Of a stretch of DNA of 64,000 nucleotides, positions 52,896 to 63,139 are shown one piece after another. The stretch is from Rhodosorus marinus CCMP1338 (lineage: Eukaryota > Plantae > Rhodophyta): contig JAMWBK010000007.1 in assembly GCA_029953675.1 (NCBI GenBank), positions 806,001 through 870,000 on the forward strand, written 5' to 3'. Each line of letters opens with the position of its first letter. Positions within the stretch are counted from its first letter, which is position 1. The notes under the pieces were generated by a model that saw nothing but the letters and a program-made list of their open reading frames with translations, had not been told where the DNA came from and ran no database searches. Made by a program: the position numbers and the translations under genes.

Positions 52896-53846
52896 TCACC
52901 TGGACAGGTCCTGACGAAGCTTGTAGAGCGCCGAGATATATTCAGGTCCGAGGCCACAGCATCCTCCGAGGATGAGGCCGAAAGGTATCTGGTGTGCCCA
53001 GGCTCTTGCAAACGACGTTACGAAGACGCTGGGGTTGAGGTCGGTTCTGAACGGCTGGGGTTCCGGGTTTTCCGCCAAGGTCCAGTTGGGGTCGACCGGG
53101 GTGAGGGCGTTCGGGTTGGCTCCGAGTTTAACAGAACGCTTCAACATCCGCTCCCGCGCAGGGTTGTCGGCGGTGAGTAGCTCGTTGAAGGCCCGGCTGA
53201 CTGATTCGGGTTCACAGCAGTTGAAGATGATGCCCTCTAGACACTGACTGGTCTCGGTGAGCTCCAAAAGCGCTAGTACTGCTTCGGTGACAGTCTCTCC
53301 GCTGCGGAGACGTCCATCTTCACGCAACGTCCATGAGGCAAAGACTGGTTTCCCGAGGTTCTGAACGGCCCTCACCGCCATGGACATCTCACGGACTGAG
53401 GAGAGAGTCTCCGCCATGAACACGTCTGCGTCCGGGGCTGTAGCCAGCCCGAGCTGCCTGTAAATATCCGCGCCGTGAACCTCATCCTTCATCACCAGAT
53501 CCGGTCTGTAGCTCTCCACCAACGGAGGCAGCGAGCAAGCCACTCGCACGTGCTCCCGCCCAGCTCCATCCCGGGCCTCCTTCGCCAGCTCAACCGCCTT
53601 TGCGCTCAGCTCCATCATATCCGCCACCGCAAACCCGACCCCAGGCGTCACCCCGAAGTTATTCGCCGTCACCACATCACATCCAGCCTCAATATAGGAC
53701 CGGTGAACATCAACCACAGTCCCATGATACTCAGGCTTCACTATAGCAACCGCAGACCAGATCTTACGATCCTCCTCCACACCACGCTTGAACAGCTCCT
53801 CTCCAGTACCACCATCAAAAAGAGTTATCCTAGACCCAACAGCCAT
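52896..53846 (-). CDS. Homocysteine S-methyltransferase family protein (intronless)
   Basis: LFDGGTGEEL, VHRSYIEAGCDVVTANNF, FMAETLSS, GIIFNCCEPE, and LGGCCGLGPEYI with the Zn-binding cysteines. Confidence 0.9.
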   Translation of the reverse strand: MAVGSRITLFDGGTGEELFKRGVEEDRKIWSAVAIVKPEYHGTVVDVHRSYIEAGCDVVTANNFGVTPGVGFAVADMMELSAKAVELAKEARDGAGREHVRVACSLPPLVESYRPDLVMKDEVHGADIYRQLGLATAPDADVFMAETLSSVREMSMAVRAVQNLGKPVFASWTLREDGRLRSGETVTEAVLALLELTETSQCLEGIIFNCCEPESVSRAFNELLTADNPARERMLKRSVKLGANPNALTPVDPNWTLAENPEPQPFRTDLNPSVFVTSFARAWAHQIPFGLILGGCCGLGPEYISALYKLRQDLSR

Positions 53847-54254
53847 GCCCTTGCACACCCTCCTAAGCATACCCCCAAACCCCTCGAATTCTTCCCGATA
53901 CAACAAAATTCATCACGTACGTCAGTCCCTCGTTGGAAAACTAAAACCTGACGAACAGGAAACCGCTGCGAAGCGCCGCAAAGCAGCCAAATCCCCCTCC
54001 GTAAACTAAATATAATCCGTTTCCAATCCTTCGTACATCCTAGAGAAACATATCTTTCCAATCCAAGTTTTCCAAGAAGACATAGAACAGAAAACACAGG
54101 ATATGGGGTCAAGTTTTTCATGAATGGAAGGGGTATCTTGACTTGTCTAATCCTGGTCCTCGGGCCGCGAGATATCTTCCGACCTCTTTACGACCGTCGT
54201 GGTGCAGCCGCTGCGCTTTCAATGCGACCACTGAAGAGAGTCTCAGCAAGCTTG

Positions 54255-56370
54255 AGGCCGGGTTTGTACCATTGATCATAGAGTGCTTTGGGTTTTTCGA
54301 CAGTGTTGCTTTCCCGTTGGCACTACGGCCCCCCCACCCCGGAGCATTCTCGACATCCGCCCACCTCACCGGAGTTGTCTCTGACTCTCTGGCATTAGAA
54401 CGCTACTCTGTTGTCGCTTTGTTGTCAAGGGGTTCGCGCTCCCGCCAGCTGGAGCTGTACTACATAAGAAAAGGCTAAAAAGTGTGAAAAGTATTCAGGT
54501 TCGAGATGCTTGCAGCCTTAGGACTACCCCCGAGTTTTCTCCTCGGAAGAAGTCTGCTTAGGCCCGCCGGTGCTGGTGAGATAAGGGAAGAACTGGGATC
54601 CGAATGGTGCGTGAGGGATCGGGGCCGGTCACCGTGGTCTCGCTCAGCAGTCCAAACGCGTCCTTTGGCTTGGTTGATTCAGTAGGTTCTCGTTGCCTTC
54701 GTGCTCTCTAGCGACTCATGAGCGTCTTGATAGCCTCCTCACGGAGCTGTGTTGGACTCTCTAGAGCTCAAACGCTGCTTTACTGTTGGACGCGCGTCAT
54801 CAGCGGCTTGCTGCTCGCTTCTCAGGGTAGTTGGGCTCCGAATAATCCGGACGATGAAAGGCTAGCTAGTTTTCCCAGTTTCACAATACCCCACCTGCAT
54901 TGACGTCACCTTTTTAAAAATTCCATGTCGTCTGCTGAAGTTCACCGCTCGATAATCAACGGTGCTGACGCACGGTTTGTCAGGCTACCACCGCCAGCCT
55001 GTAGTCGATGCAGAGTCTCCGACCCCCGCGACGCATGGACCGTGAGGGAGGAGACGAGGTGCACGCAGCTGCAGGCGAACAGGATTTCGGCCGCGCGCTC
55101 AAGGAGTATCCGAAGGTGTTTCCGGATACGACCCCACTACTCCCAACAGGGAGGGATAAATACGCTCTGAAGATTCGGTTGACCCCAGGCGCGACGGCCT
55201 GGGCACAAGCAGCGTGCGTGTCATGCAATAAGATGTTTCGGGATACGATCCCACTACTCCCAGCAGAGAGGAATCAGTACTCTCTGTAGATTCGGTTGAC
55301 CCCACACGCGACGGCTCCGGCACAAGCAGCGTGCGTGACATGCGATAAGGTAGATCATAGATGCTTTCACGATATACGTCTCTGAGCCAGCTTATGATGA
55401 CTGCCAGCAGAGTACATATTCCGGGGTTGATCTCTGTCATTGCTTTCGAGTATTGGTGGCTTCAGGCTGCTATGTTGATCATAGTTCCCCGAAACACCTT
55501 CCGATACTCCTTATTGAGCGCGCGGCGGCAAACCTGTTGGCCGAACACTGCCTGCGCCTCGCTCCTCCCTCGTCCCGGCACAAAAGCACCTTGTCCCATG
55601 TCAAGTACTCAGAACGCTTACATGAGGAAGTTCGGGATCTCAGGGAGAAGGGCCCACGAAGTATTGAGTCGGAGTCCGTATCCGGCACCTGACTTGTAGA
55701 ACAGGCTACAAGTCGGCAAGAAGGATGGGGGTCGGAGACTCTGCATCGACTACAGGCTGGCATTGGTAACCTAACAATGTTTCAGGGTAAAGGGGGACAG
55801 ATTGTCTTCAAATTTGCATCGGTCGAAATGATCGGTCCCCTTGTTCGCCATTTTCTTAGTAAACCAGAACAACTAAAAACATCTAGATCTACGGAGGTGG
55901 CATTTTTTATCTGCCCTGAACACGTTTGCGGAATATTATGGTTAATTTGTATCTAAAAGTAGTATTCTAGGGTCAATCGGCCTTGGATATAGCACAAAAA
56001 GGGTCATAAGCACCGCATTGGTCGTGATGCACAGCCAATGCGATGGCTGAATGAGTCTCAGTACGCTTGAGGGGATGACTCATCCCACCTTTCGGTACTC
56101 AGCGCTGTTTCCATCCGGTTTGTACTCGCTGATCATCGAGTGCTTTTGGTCTTTTAGACAGTGTTGCCTTTCTCGCGGGGGTCGTCGTGTTTTTCGTTAA
56201 AATGTCGACCGAGGGATGCCACCTCCTCACAGAGCTGTCTCTGACTCTATTCGAACGCATCCTCGCTGTTGCATCACGATGTTGCGTTGTCGTTGGAGTC
56301 GCGATATCAACTTCGTCGTTTCCGCTCCTCAGGGTAGTTAGGCCCTGAATTCATTGGTTGATGAATGGAA
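54255..56370. mobile_element. Decayed Ty3/gypsy-like relic flanked by diverged direct repeats
   Basis: ~54255-54410 and ~54780-54860 recur at ~56115-56370. Internal gypsy pre-RT linker LKEYPKVFPDTTPLLPTGRDKYALKIRLTPGA and RT-start-like LSHVKYSERLHEEVRDLREKG. Confidence 0.6.
54993..55761. repeat. Fold-back inverted repeat with perfect 35-bp termini
   Basis: gccagcctgtagtcgatgcagagtctccgaccccc (54993-55027) is exactly inverted at 55727-55761. ~55045-55125 is inverted at ~55485-55570, and there is an internal ~105-bp tandem duplication at ~55130-55345. Confidence 0.9.
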
Positions 56371-56603
56371 TGAGGAAGCAGTCTGCCGCTTCCCGCGCCA
56401 ACTGTGTATCTAGGCGTTTGTGGATCAAGAGGTAGGTTTGCTTTTTTAGAAGAGTACCTTCACTACGTCTTCAACTTTTGAACTGCGACGAACGGTGGAT
56501 AAGACGAAGCGGGAGTGACGTAACTGTGGATGGAGCAAGGTTGGATATTCGGGAGAGGAGTTTCACTGTGTTCTTTGGTTTTGAGGGGAGGATTGAAATA
56601 AGA

Positions 56604-57962
56604 ATGGGGATGAGGATGGCGGCTGAGGTCTTGAAAGCGCGAGCTGCTTTGAAGACGTTAAGCCTGTCGAGAGGGAACAAGACGCTTCGGAGGAGCTCCT
56701 GGGAGCGTGTGATGCGTGAATGTCAGTTGGTAAGAGGATACTGTATTTTTTTTACCGTTCGGGTGCTTTGGTTTTGGTGTTCTGAATCTGGTCTTGATCG
56801 GTTTAGGCAGACAATTTTAGAATCAAAGACTTTAGGAGGTAAGCCTCTATGTTTTTATTTTCTGGTTCCTGGGCGCGCGGGTCGACGCGGCCGCCGTCGT
56901 CGGTGTGGAGGGGCTTGCATCTGAGCAATGAGCCTCGTCCCCACTCAGGTCAGTCCTTGTGAAGAACATACCCGATGCGTTGCTTCGTGAAGAGATTATA
57001 GAACACCGGTTCAGCGCTGTTGGGAGTGTTCGCAAGGTTTTCATACGTGCTCCACCAAGCCACAGCCCCAAAGCCGTCAGAGCCAATTCTCTCATTCCCC
57101 GGGATGCCACTACGAGTACGAAATTCTGAGCGAAGAAGAAGATCTATCCCCGTCACGTTCTGAATTTTCTCAGCTGTTCCTATTCCGCTCGTTCCGAAAA
57201 GGTTCAGCTGTCGTCTCCTTTGAATCGGGGTTCTCCGTCGCGACGTCGTTAGAGGAGCTCAACGGTGCGCCCGTGGATGTTAGATACCCTTCGTCTGGGA
57301 TGCAAATAGAAATCAACAAAGGTTGGGAGTACAGCTGGATGCCGCGTGTTTGTAAGATCCCGCACAAAGGTTCTCGCTCAGAGCGAGCTAAGATAACTGG
57401 CCCGGTTGTTACCATCGTCATCGTCTGTTTGGTATAGACGCAAGCCTACTCCTCTGCTTGTAAATCTCTGAACAATTTGGATTTCATTTTACCTTCTTGC
57501 CAGGCCAAAGGCCAAGGGGTGGATTGTTCCGGCGAATCCTCATCAGAAATCTTCCTCTTGCGATGACTTCCTTCGATTTTCGCACGCTACTTAACCACCT
57601 GGGTAGGTCAAACTACGGGATGATGCAGTGGGCTGTGGAGGATTTTGAAAACCATATTTCTGCCGTCGCGGAGTTTTCGACCACGTTCGATGCATTGTGT
57701 GCACTCGAGCAGCTTAACTCCATCTCGATCGAGGGTAACCCCATCTTCGCTGAGCTGTACCCTCTCAACTTCAACTTCAGCTACTCATCGATGGCAGTAA
57801 GTATCGCAACGGCATGGAGAAGAGGTTTTCCACATGTAGGCACAAGGACGCTGATGGTCTGCCCCTGTTTAGGATCGGAGAAAGGCGTACATTCAGGAAT
57901 TCTCAAATCCCTCTGAGCTGTTCACATTTGTGCTAAAGTCTACAGCTTCAGAAACGGACTGA
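56604..57962 (+). CDS. Two-RRM RNA-binding protein with presequence-like N-terminus (multi-exon)
   Basis: MGMRMAAEVLKARAALKTLSLSRGNKTLRRSS; RSVLVKNIPDALLREEIIEHRFSAVGSVRKVFI..SAVVSFESGFSVATSLEELNG; RRILIRNLPLAMTSFDFRTLLNHLG..SAVAEFSTTFDALCALEQLNSISIEGNPIFAEL. Confidence 0.75.
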
Positions 57963-58726
57963 GACTTCACGGCGCCTGTGACACAGCCGGCAACGAGAAC
58001 TGCCCTTGCGGCTTGGAACGCGTGTGGTTGACTTTGAGCTCACACACGTAAGATCTAGCGTTCGCAACAGCGTACAGTGCTCGCTCGAAGAAGAACGAAC
58101 ATAGGGAAGAGAGGGGGAGAGATGAGAGAGAGATGGAGTACTCGGAATTCTTCTTTTTGTTCTCCGCTACGACTGGCGACTCTGGCATTTGGAAGAGCAC
58201 TGACAATAGCACAAGTAGAAAACTAGGACAGCTCCAACCCAGAGACCAGAGACCCTTAGACAAATAGGAGGCGAGAACTAACGGGCCAGGGAGTATCGGA
58301 TGAAGGTAAACATGGAAGTTCCAGACATCCAAGCAATAGAGCTTCGAAGGCCGCTCTCAGGAAGCCGGTTCTGAATTTCTGGGCTGATAGGTGTTAGAAA
58401 CGTTAATAATAAGCCTTTTGACTCAAATCCAGACCTCAAACAAGACACTGCCGATCGGGGCGTAAAGTAGAGATGAAAATCCACGTGACGCATCATCGCT
58501 GGCTTGCTGAGAGAACATACTTGCCAGGTCCTACAGGGGACAGCCTCTTCAATCGAAGATTTAGCAGATATCCATCCATTCAGACGTTGCCTAGGAGTTC
58601 ACGACATTGCCTGCTTGCCACTAGGCAATCACAGTCGAACGCCACCGTAACAACAAATATGTCAAAATAGCGCTTCGCCCTCCTTGCTTAACAACAACCC
58701 TAACGGACGGGAATAAAAAATGTATA

Positions 58727-58798
58727 TTCCCCCGCCGGGAATCGAACCCGGGCCAACGGTGTGAGAGACCGCTATCCTAACCACTAGACTACGAAGGA
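58727..58798 (-). tRNA. tRNA-Glu (CTC)
   Basis: 72 nt, TCCTTCGTAGTCTAGTGGTTAGGATAGCGGTCTCTCACACCGTTGGCCCGGGTTCGATTCCCGGCGGGGGAA. Anticodon loop CT-CTC-AC, canonical D and T loops, downstream T6. Confidence 0.97.
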
Positions 58799-59479
58799 AT
58801 TAGGAACGACGGGAATATTATCAATCTATATATTATAATTTCCTAACAAGATTTTTCGAGTTTCTGATTGCGTCGAAACTATTCAAACAATCATCGTGTA
58901 GATCCGCAGCCTTCCTACGATTTCATTCGTCAAATTGTCTTGAATAACGAAATTATTTGTGTGACCCTCCAATAAGTAGTTTGCGAGGCCGCTGTCGTAA
59001 GGATGGGGATGCGGGATGCAGGATGATGGAAGACCATAAAGTTGACGGTAAGTAACCTGTATAAAAGTAAATGTATGGGGTAGAATATAGAAGGGTATAT
59101 TTTGTAAGCAAATCCCTCCATAGTTGGAATTTATTTTTAAATTTTGTGGAACATGGATCGTGCAAACAAAGTATTATATTAAGAGTAAGAATTGGAATAG
59201 TTTGTTTTGAAAGAAATGCGAGCGATTCCGGCGGTTAGGTTTTGATGGGTTTTCTGATTGTGTTATGGGATTTCCGTCTGGAGAGCACGGAACACGTACG
59301 TAAGCCCGCCTCCCCCCCGCCGACCCGTTTTGCCTGTTGCGTATGAGAAGACTAACAGACGCTCCAAGACCCACCAAACACCCCACCAAACAGGTGCTCC
59401 TCGCGGATCACCTCCATCACCTACACAAAAGTTTCCGGACATGAACAGACGGAGGGGGACATTTACCCTCCTCTACGCA

Positions 59480-59500
59480 CTCTCTCTCTCTCTCTCTCTC
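59480..59500. repeat. (CT)10 microsatellite
   Basis: ctctctctctctctctctctc. Confidence 0.9.
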
Positions 59501-60415
59501 CCATTCTCTCTCCCAAATCCGAAGGATCCACATACAAAACAATCGGCACAGGTACGGGCTCGACGCTCGCTCATATGCTAATGTCTCCCTTTTCCCTCGT
59601 CGCGATTTAATAAAAATTCCTTGCTCTTTCTCGAAATAGACGCAATCATTCTCGTATATCGGAATCCAAATATTTATTTCTAAATTTCAACGGCGGCACG
59701 ATCGTAGAAAAAAATAAAACTATTGATATTCATACCGGTAGTTTGCTCATTCCAATCATTTTTTCCATCCTACTCGCTCAACGGTAAGCAACCCGTTTCC
59801 CTCCCCCCTCTCCCTCCTTAACAAAACACCCCCCTAAATAATTTCTATTTGGTCGATGGTTGTACTTCAATCGCCGATATTTAATTTTTCATCGTCTTGA
59901 TAGTACCCGTGGAACTTTTTTTGGGTCTTGAGGAGAGCTCTCCCAACCCCGCGACTTTCTGTTTTGTTTAAAATTTTATTGGCCCCTTCTAGCATTGGCC
60001 AATTTTTTGGATGGTCCGAATGGAGTTTCACGTCAGACACCTTTACAGAAAGTGAAAAGAAGAAGAAAAAACACCATTTTGATGTCAACCGTCCAACCAA
60101 CTAAAATTAGAAATAATGGAAAAACGAAGGACGTGGGACTCTTTCTGTTTTTATAAGCATTGGAGCGTTTCTTTTCTGTCCCATTGACGTATGACTTTGA
60201 AGGCTGTGGTATTTAAACAGTGCGGGAGGTTTTTAGCGGAATCGGGGGAGGGGGCGGGGGGAGGAAGGGGAAGGAGAAGAGGGTAGGAGAGGAAATCCTG
60301 TAAGTAGGGTGTTTCGTTTGTTACCCTCTTTCGTTTTTTGAGAGAAGCGGAATTGTTGGGGGAGGGGTGGGGGCTTGGAGGTGGTGGCGCTTTTTGTTGG
60401 ATTGGTTTGGGCAAG

Positions 60416-61759
60416 ATGGGGCAGCCACGCTTGGTTTTTGTGCTCTTGGTTGCGTTGATCAGTGCGGCAGGAACTGCGGCAGTGAAGTGCCCGAGGGTGG
60501 CACTGTCGAGGCCACAGTGGTTGCAGCCGATTGCACGAAAGGATATTGGAAATATCTTCTTTGGACACTCTCTGGGGATGAGCGGAGAGCACATGGCAGT
60601 TGGTGCATACGGACTCCAAGATTATAGGGGGGCGGTCTACATGTACAAGCTAGAGGGCACCCGGTGGGGTCTTCAGCAGACGCTCAAACCGACTGACCGA
60701 AAGCCAAGTGATCACTACGGGTTGAACCTGGATATGTCGAATAGAACGGTCGTCATCGGAAGACCATTCCATAACATACAAGGAACCAAATCAGGAAGTG
60801 CAGACGTGTGGGTTTTCAACGGAAGGCACTGGAGGAGAACCCAGCAACTCGTGCCACCAGGAAATGGATGGGGTCACGGAGGTGCTTGGTACGGCTATGG
60901 CGTGGCAGCCGAGGGTCCTTTTGCATGCATCGGCGCAAGATACCAGAACAAGATAGTCAACGGAGTGATGACCTACCCAAGGGCAGGCGCTGTATACGTA
61001 TACTATCGGAATAATGGTGTGGGTACTCCATATCGGCTTGTGCAGACACTAACCGGTCCCGATGAGGTTTCCTTCTTTGGGGACGAAATCCAGCTGTCCG
61101 GATTTGAAGACAGAGGAGGCGAGAAGCGGCTCCTCGTTGGAGCGTCGAGACATTCCCCGAAAGCGAAAGGAGCCGCTTATTTGTACACAAGGCAAGGTAG
61201 GAAGTGGAAGCTCTCTCAAGTACTGAGCCCTACAGACAGATACCCAGAATATACCTCACAACATTACGGCGAAGGTATCGCAATGAGTAACGAAACAATC
61301 CTGATTGGAGGTGAAACCGCTCCGAGTGACAAGGGCAGGAGAACCGGAGAAGTGTACGCCTACAAAAAAGTTGGAGACAAGTGGGTGCAATCCGGGCCCC
61401 TGAATCCTCCTGAAGGCGTTACTCGGTGGGGTTTGCATGGACAGCGTCTTGGAACCGATCAGAGATTTTCCGCGGTCGGTCAATGGGGTACCGTGGTCAA
61501 GGGAGTTAATAGAGCTGGATCTTTCAGCTACTACCTTCGGTGTGCAGATGGATCATGGCGTTCGTCGAAAATGAGAGTTATGACCGATCCCCAATCGCAT
61601 GACAGCCTGGGGAAGAACGTTCTAGTGAAGAACGGATTCATGGTGGTCACGGCTCCGATGCGAGATTCAGGAACCAATGGGGATATCCAGAACCGCGGGT
61701 TGGTGATGGTGTACAAGTACACCCTTGGCGGGGGACCCTGGGTAGAGTACCCAGACTAA
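60416..61759 (+). CDS. Secreted FG-GAP repeat (integrin-alpha-like beta-propeller) protein, intronless
   Basis: Signal peptide MGQPRLVFVLLVALISAAGTAA; about 7 repeats of FG.S/G-x-VGA..GAVY (FGHSLGMSGEHMAVGAYG..GAVYMY; YGYGVAAEGPFACIGAR..AGAVYVY; FGDEIQLSG..LLVGASR..GAAYLY); no C-terminal TM. Confidence 0.88.
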   Translation: MGQPRLVFVLLVALISAAGTAAVKCPRVALSRPQWLQPIARKDIGNIFFGHSLGMSGEHMAVGAYGLQDYRGAVYMYKLEGTRWGLQQTLKPTDRKPSDHYGLNLDMSNRTVVIGRPFHNIQGTKSGSADVWVFNGRHWRRTQQLVPPGNGWGHGGAWYGYGVAAEGPFACIGARYQNKIVNGVMTYPRAGAVYVYYRNNGVGTPYRLVQTLTGPDEVSFFGDEIQLSGFEDRGGEKRLLVGASRHSPKAKGAAYLYTRQGRKWKLSQVLSPTDRYPEYTSQHYGEGIAMSNETILIGGETAPSDKGRRTGEVYAYKKVGDKWVQSGPLNPPEGVTRWGLHGQRLGTDQRFSAVGQWGTVVKGVNRAGSFSYYLRCADGSWRSSKMRVMTDPQSHDSLGKNVLVKNGFMVVTAPMRDSGTNGDIQNRGLVMVYKYTLGGGPWVEYPD

Positions 61760-62701
61760 GACTAATGCGCGTTGCCGCAATTCCAAGGCGAACGTCCTCG
61801 AGGTAGAAACCAGTCTCCGTACCTCCTTCGATGTTTGAACAAATATTCTTCACGTCCTGGCCCGAGCACCCGCCATCTGTCAAGAGTACTTACTAGAGAC
61901 TTGATTTGAGTTCAAACTTTTGTCTTATAAGCAGACGAAACGCTAACTTTTGTATCTTATTACCAGCACAACTAAACGGACAGAGAAAATTGTTCCTCAA
62001 CATACTTTGGAGAGCCGCCTGTGAACCACTTTGCCAATAGAATTCTTGCCTGAACGGCTGGGCTCCCCTAAAGCACCAAAACGGCAGGCGTGAGCCATCG
62101 AATGCCCTAAGAAACGGAGAGCCAAGCGGGCGATAGAGAGCACCGGCAAAGCAGACTAGTAGAATAACGCCATCAGACAAGAACGAACGAGAAAGGCGGG
62201 TAGACCATTTCCATGTATCACCAGCAGAACGCATTGACGAACCCAAACCTTTTCACTCCGGAACCATCGACGGATGCATGAGTGCCCTCAGGTATGTCCC
62301 TGAGCGATGATCGACCTCAAAATCAAGGTCTTACGCATCTCTTTAAGACCTATCTGGTCAATCGTACTCCTTCGGTTCCGGTAGAGAGTAACCACTTCGA
62401 TGCCTGGTAGTCTAGTGCCCGAACTCTTAGCGCAGACCACAAGACAAGCTTTGTCCCGCCAGAGGCCCTTGAGGGCGATGAAAGGCGCAAAGAATGGCTC
62501 ACCCGAACGATGGGGAGTGAAGGTGAGAAGCCTTTAGACAGGTTGAGGTAGATCGACTAGCTGAGATGAACGTGAAGAGGGGGATGTTCGCTAACTGTGA
62601 CGTCGCTGGGTGGCTTTTACCTCTTGACCTTTGTGTTTTCTTGTTGGGGAGGGGAAGGTACTCGGATCTCTGGACCATTCCGAGCTCGCCGGTCGTGAAG
62701 T

Positions 62702-63139
62702 ATGGAGAGTAGCAGCTTTGGGAGCTGTGTGATGGCGATCTGGGGCCATCATCTTGAGGACTCCGAAATTTTCTTGGAAGAAACCGATCGGTATGTTGTG
62801 TTCGACACCGGTGAACATGTGCCCAAGCCCGTTTGTAAGGTTCCATATGTGTGCGAAAGACCGGAGGAGGCCGTCCCAGTGCTCGCATCAGCTTTGCGCG
62901 TGTTCATGGTCAGGAGGGGGGATCTTCTGAAGGCCTTTAGAACGCTCGAGGACCTGGATGAACGGGCAACCTCCCTGTGCTCGGCGGCGGAATCTGCCCC
63001 GGAGACCCGTCTCAAGGAGGAGCTCATAACCCAGCTGCTGATCAAGGCAGATGCCGTTTCGACTGAAAACAACCAGTTGATAAGGGGAAGAAGGAGGGAG
63101 CTAATCAAGAGACTTCATAGCCTGTCCCCTTCTTCGTAA
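62702..63139 (+). CDS. BAG-domain co-chaperone (5' end uncertain)
   Basis: C-terminal LEDLDERA..LKEELITQLLIKADAVSTENNQLIRGRRRELIKRLHSL matches the BAG helical bundle pattern. Confidence 0.7.
   Translation: MESSSFGSCVMAIWGHHLEDSEIFLEETDRYVVFDTGEHVPKPVCKVPYVCERPEEAVPVLASALRVFMVRRGDLLKAFRTLEDLDERATSLCSAAESAPETRLKEELITQLLIKADAVSTENNQLIRGRRRELIKRLHSLSPSS

Noticed and set aside
53475-53951. 158-aa His-rich plus-strand ORF
   Set aside because: Antisense shadow of the HMT coding sequence.
57967-58670. Short ORFs between the third RRM gene and tRNA-Glu
   Set aside because: No domain evidence; cannot be distinguished from UTR or intergenic sequence.
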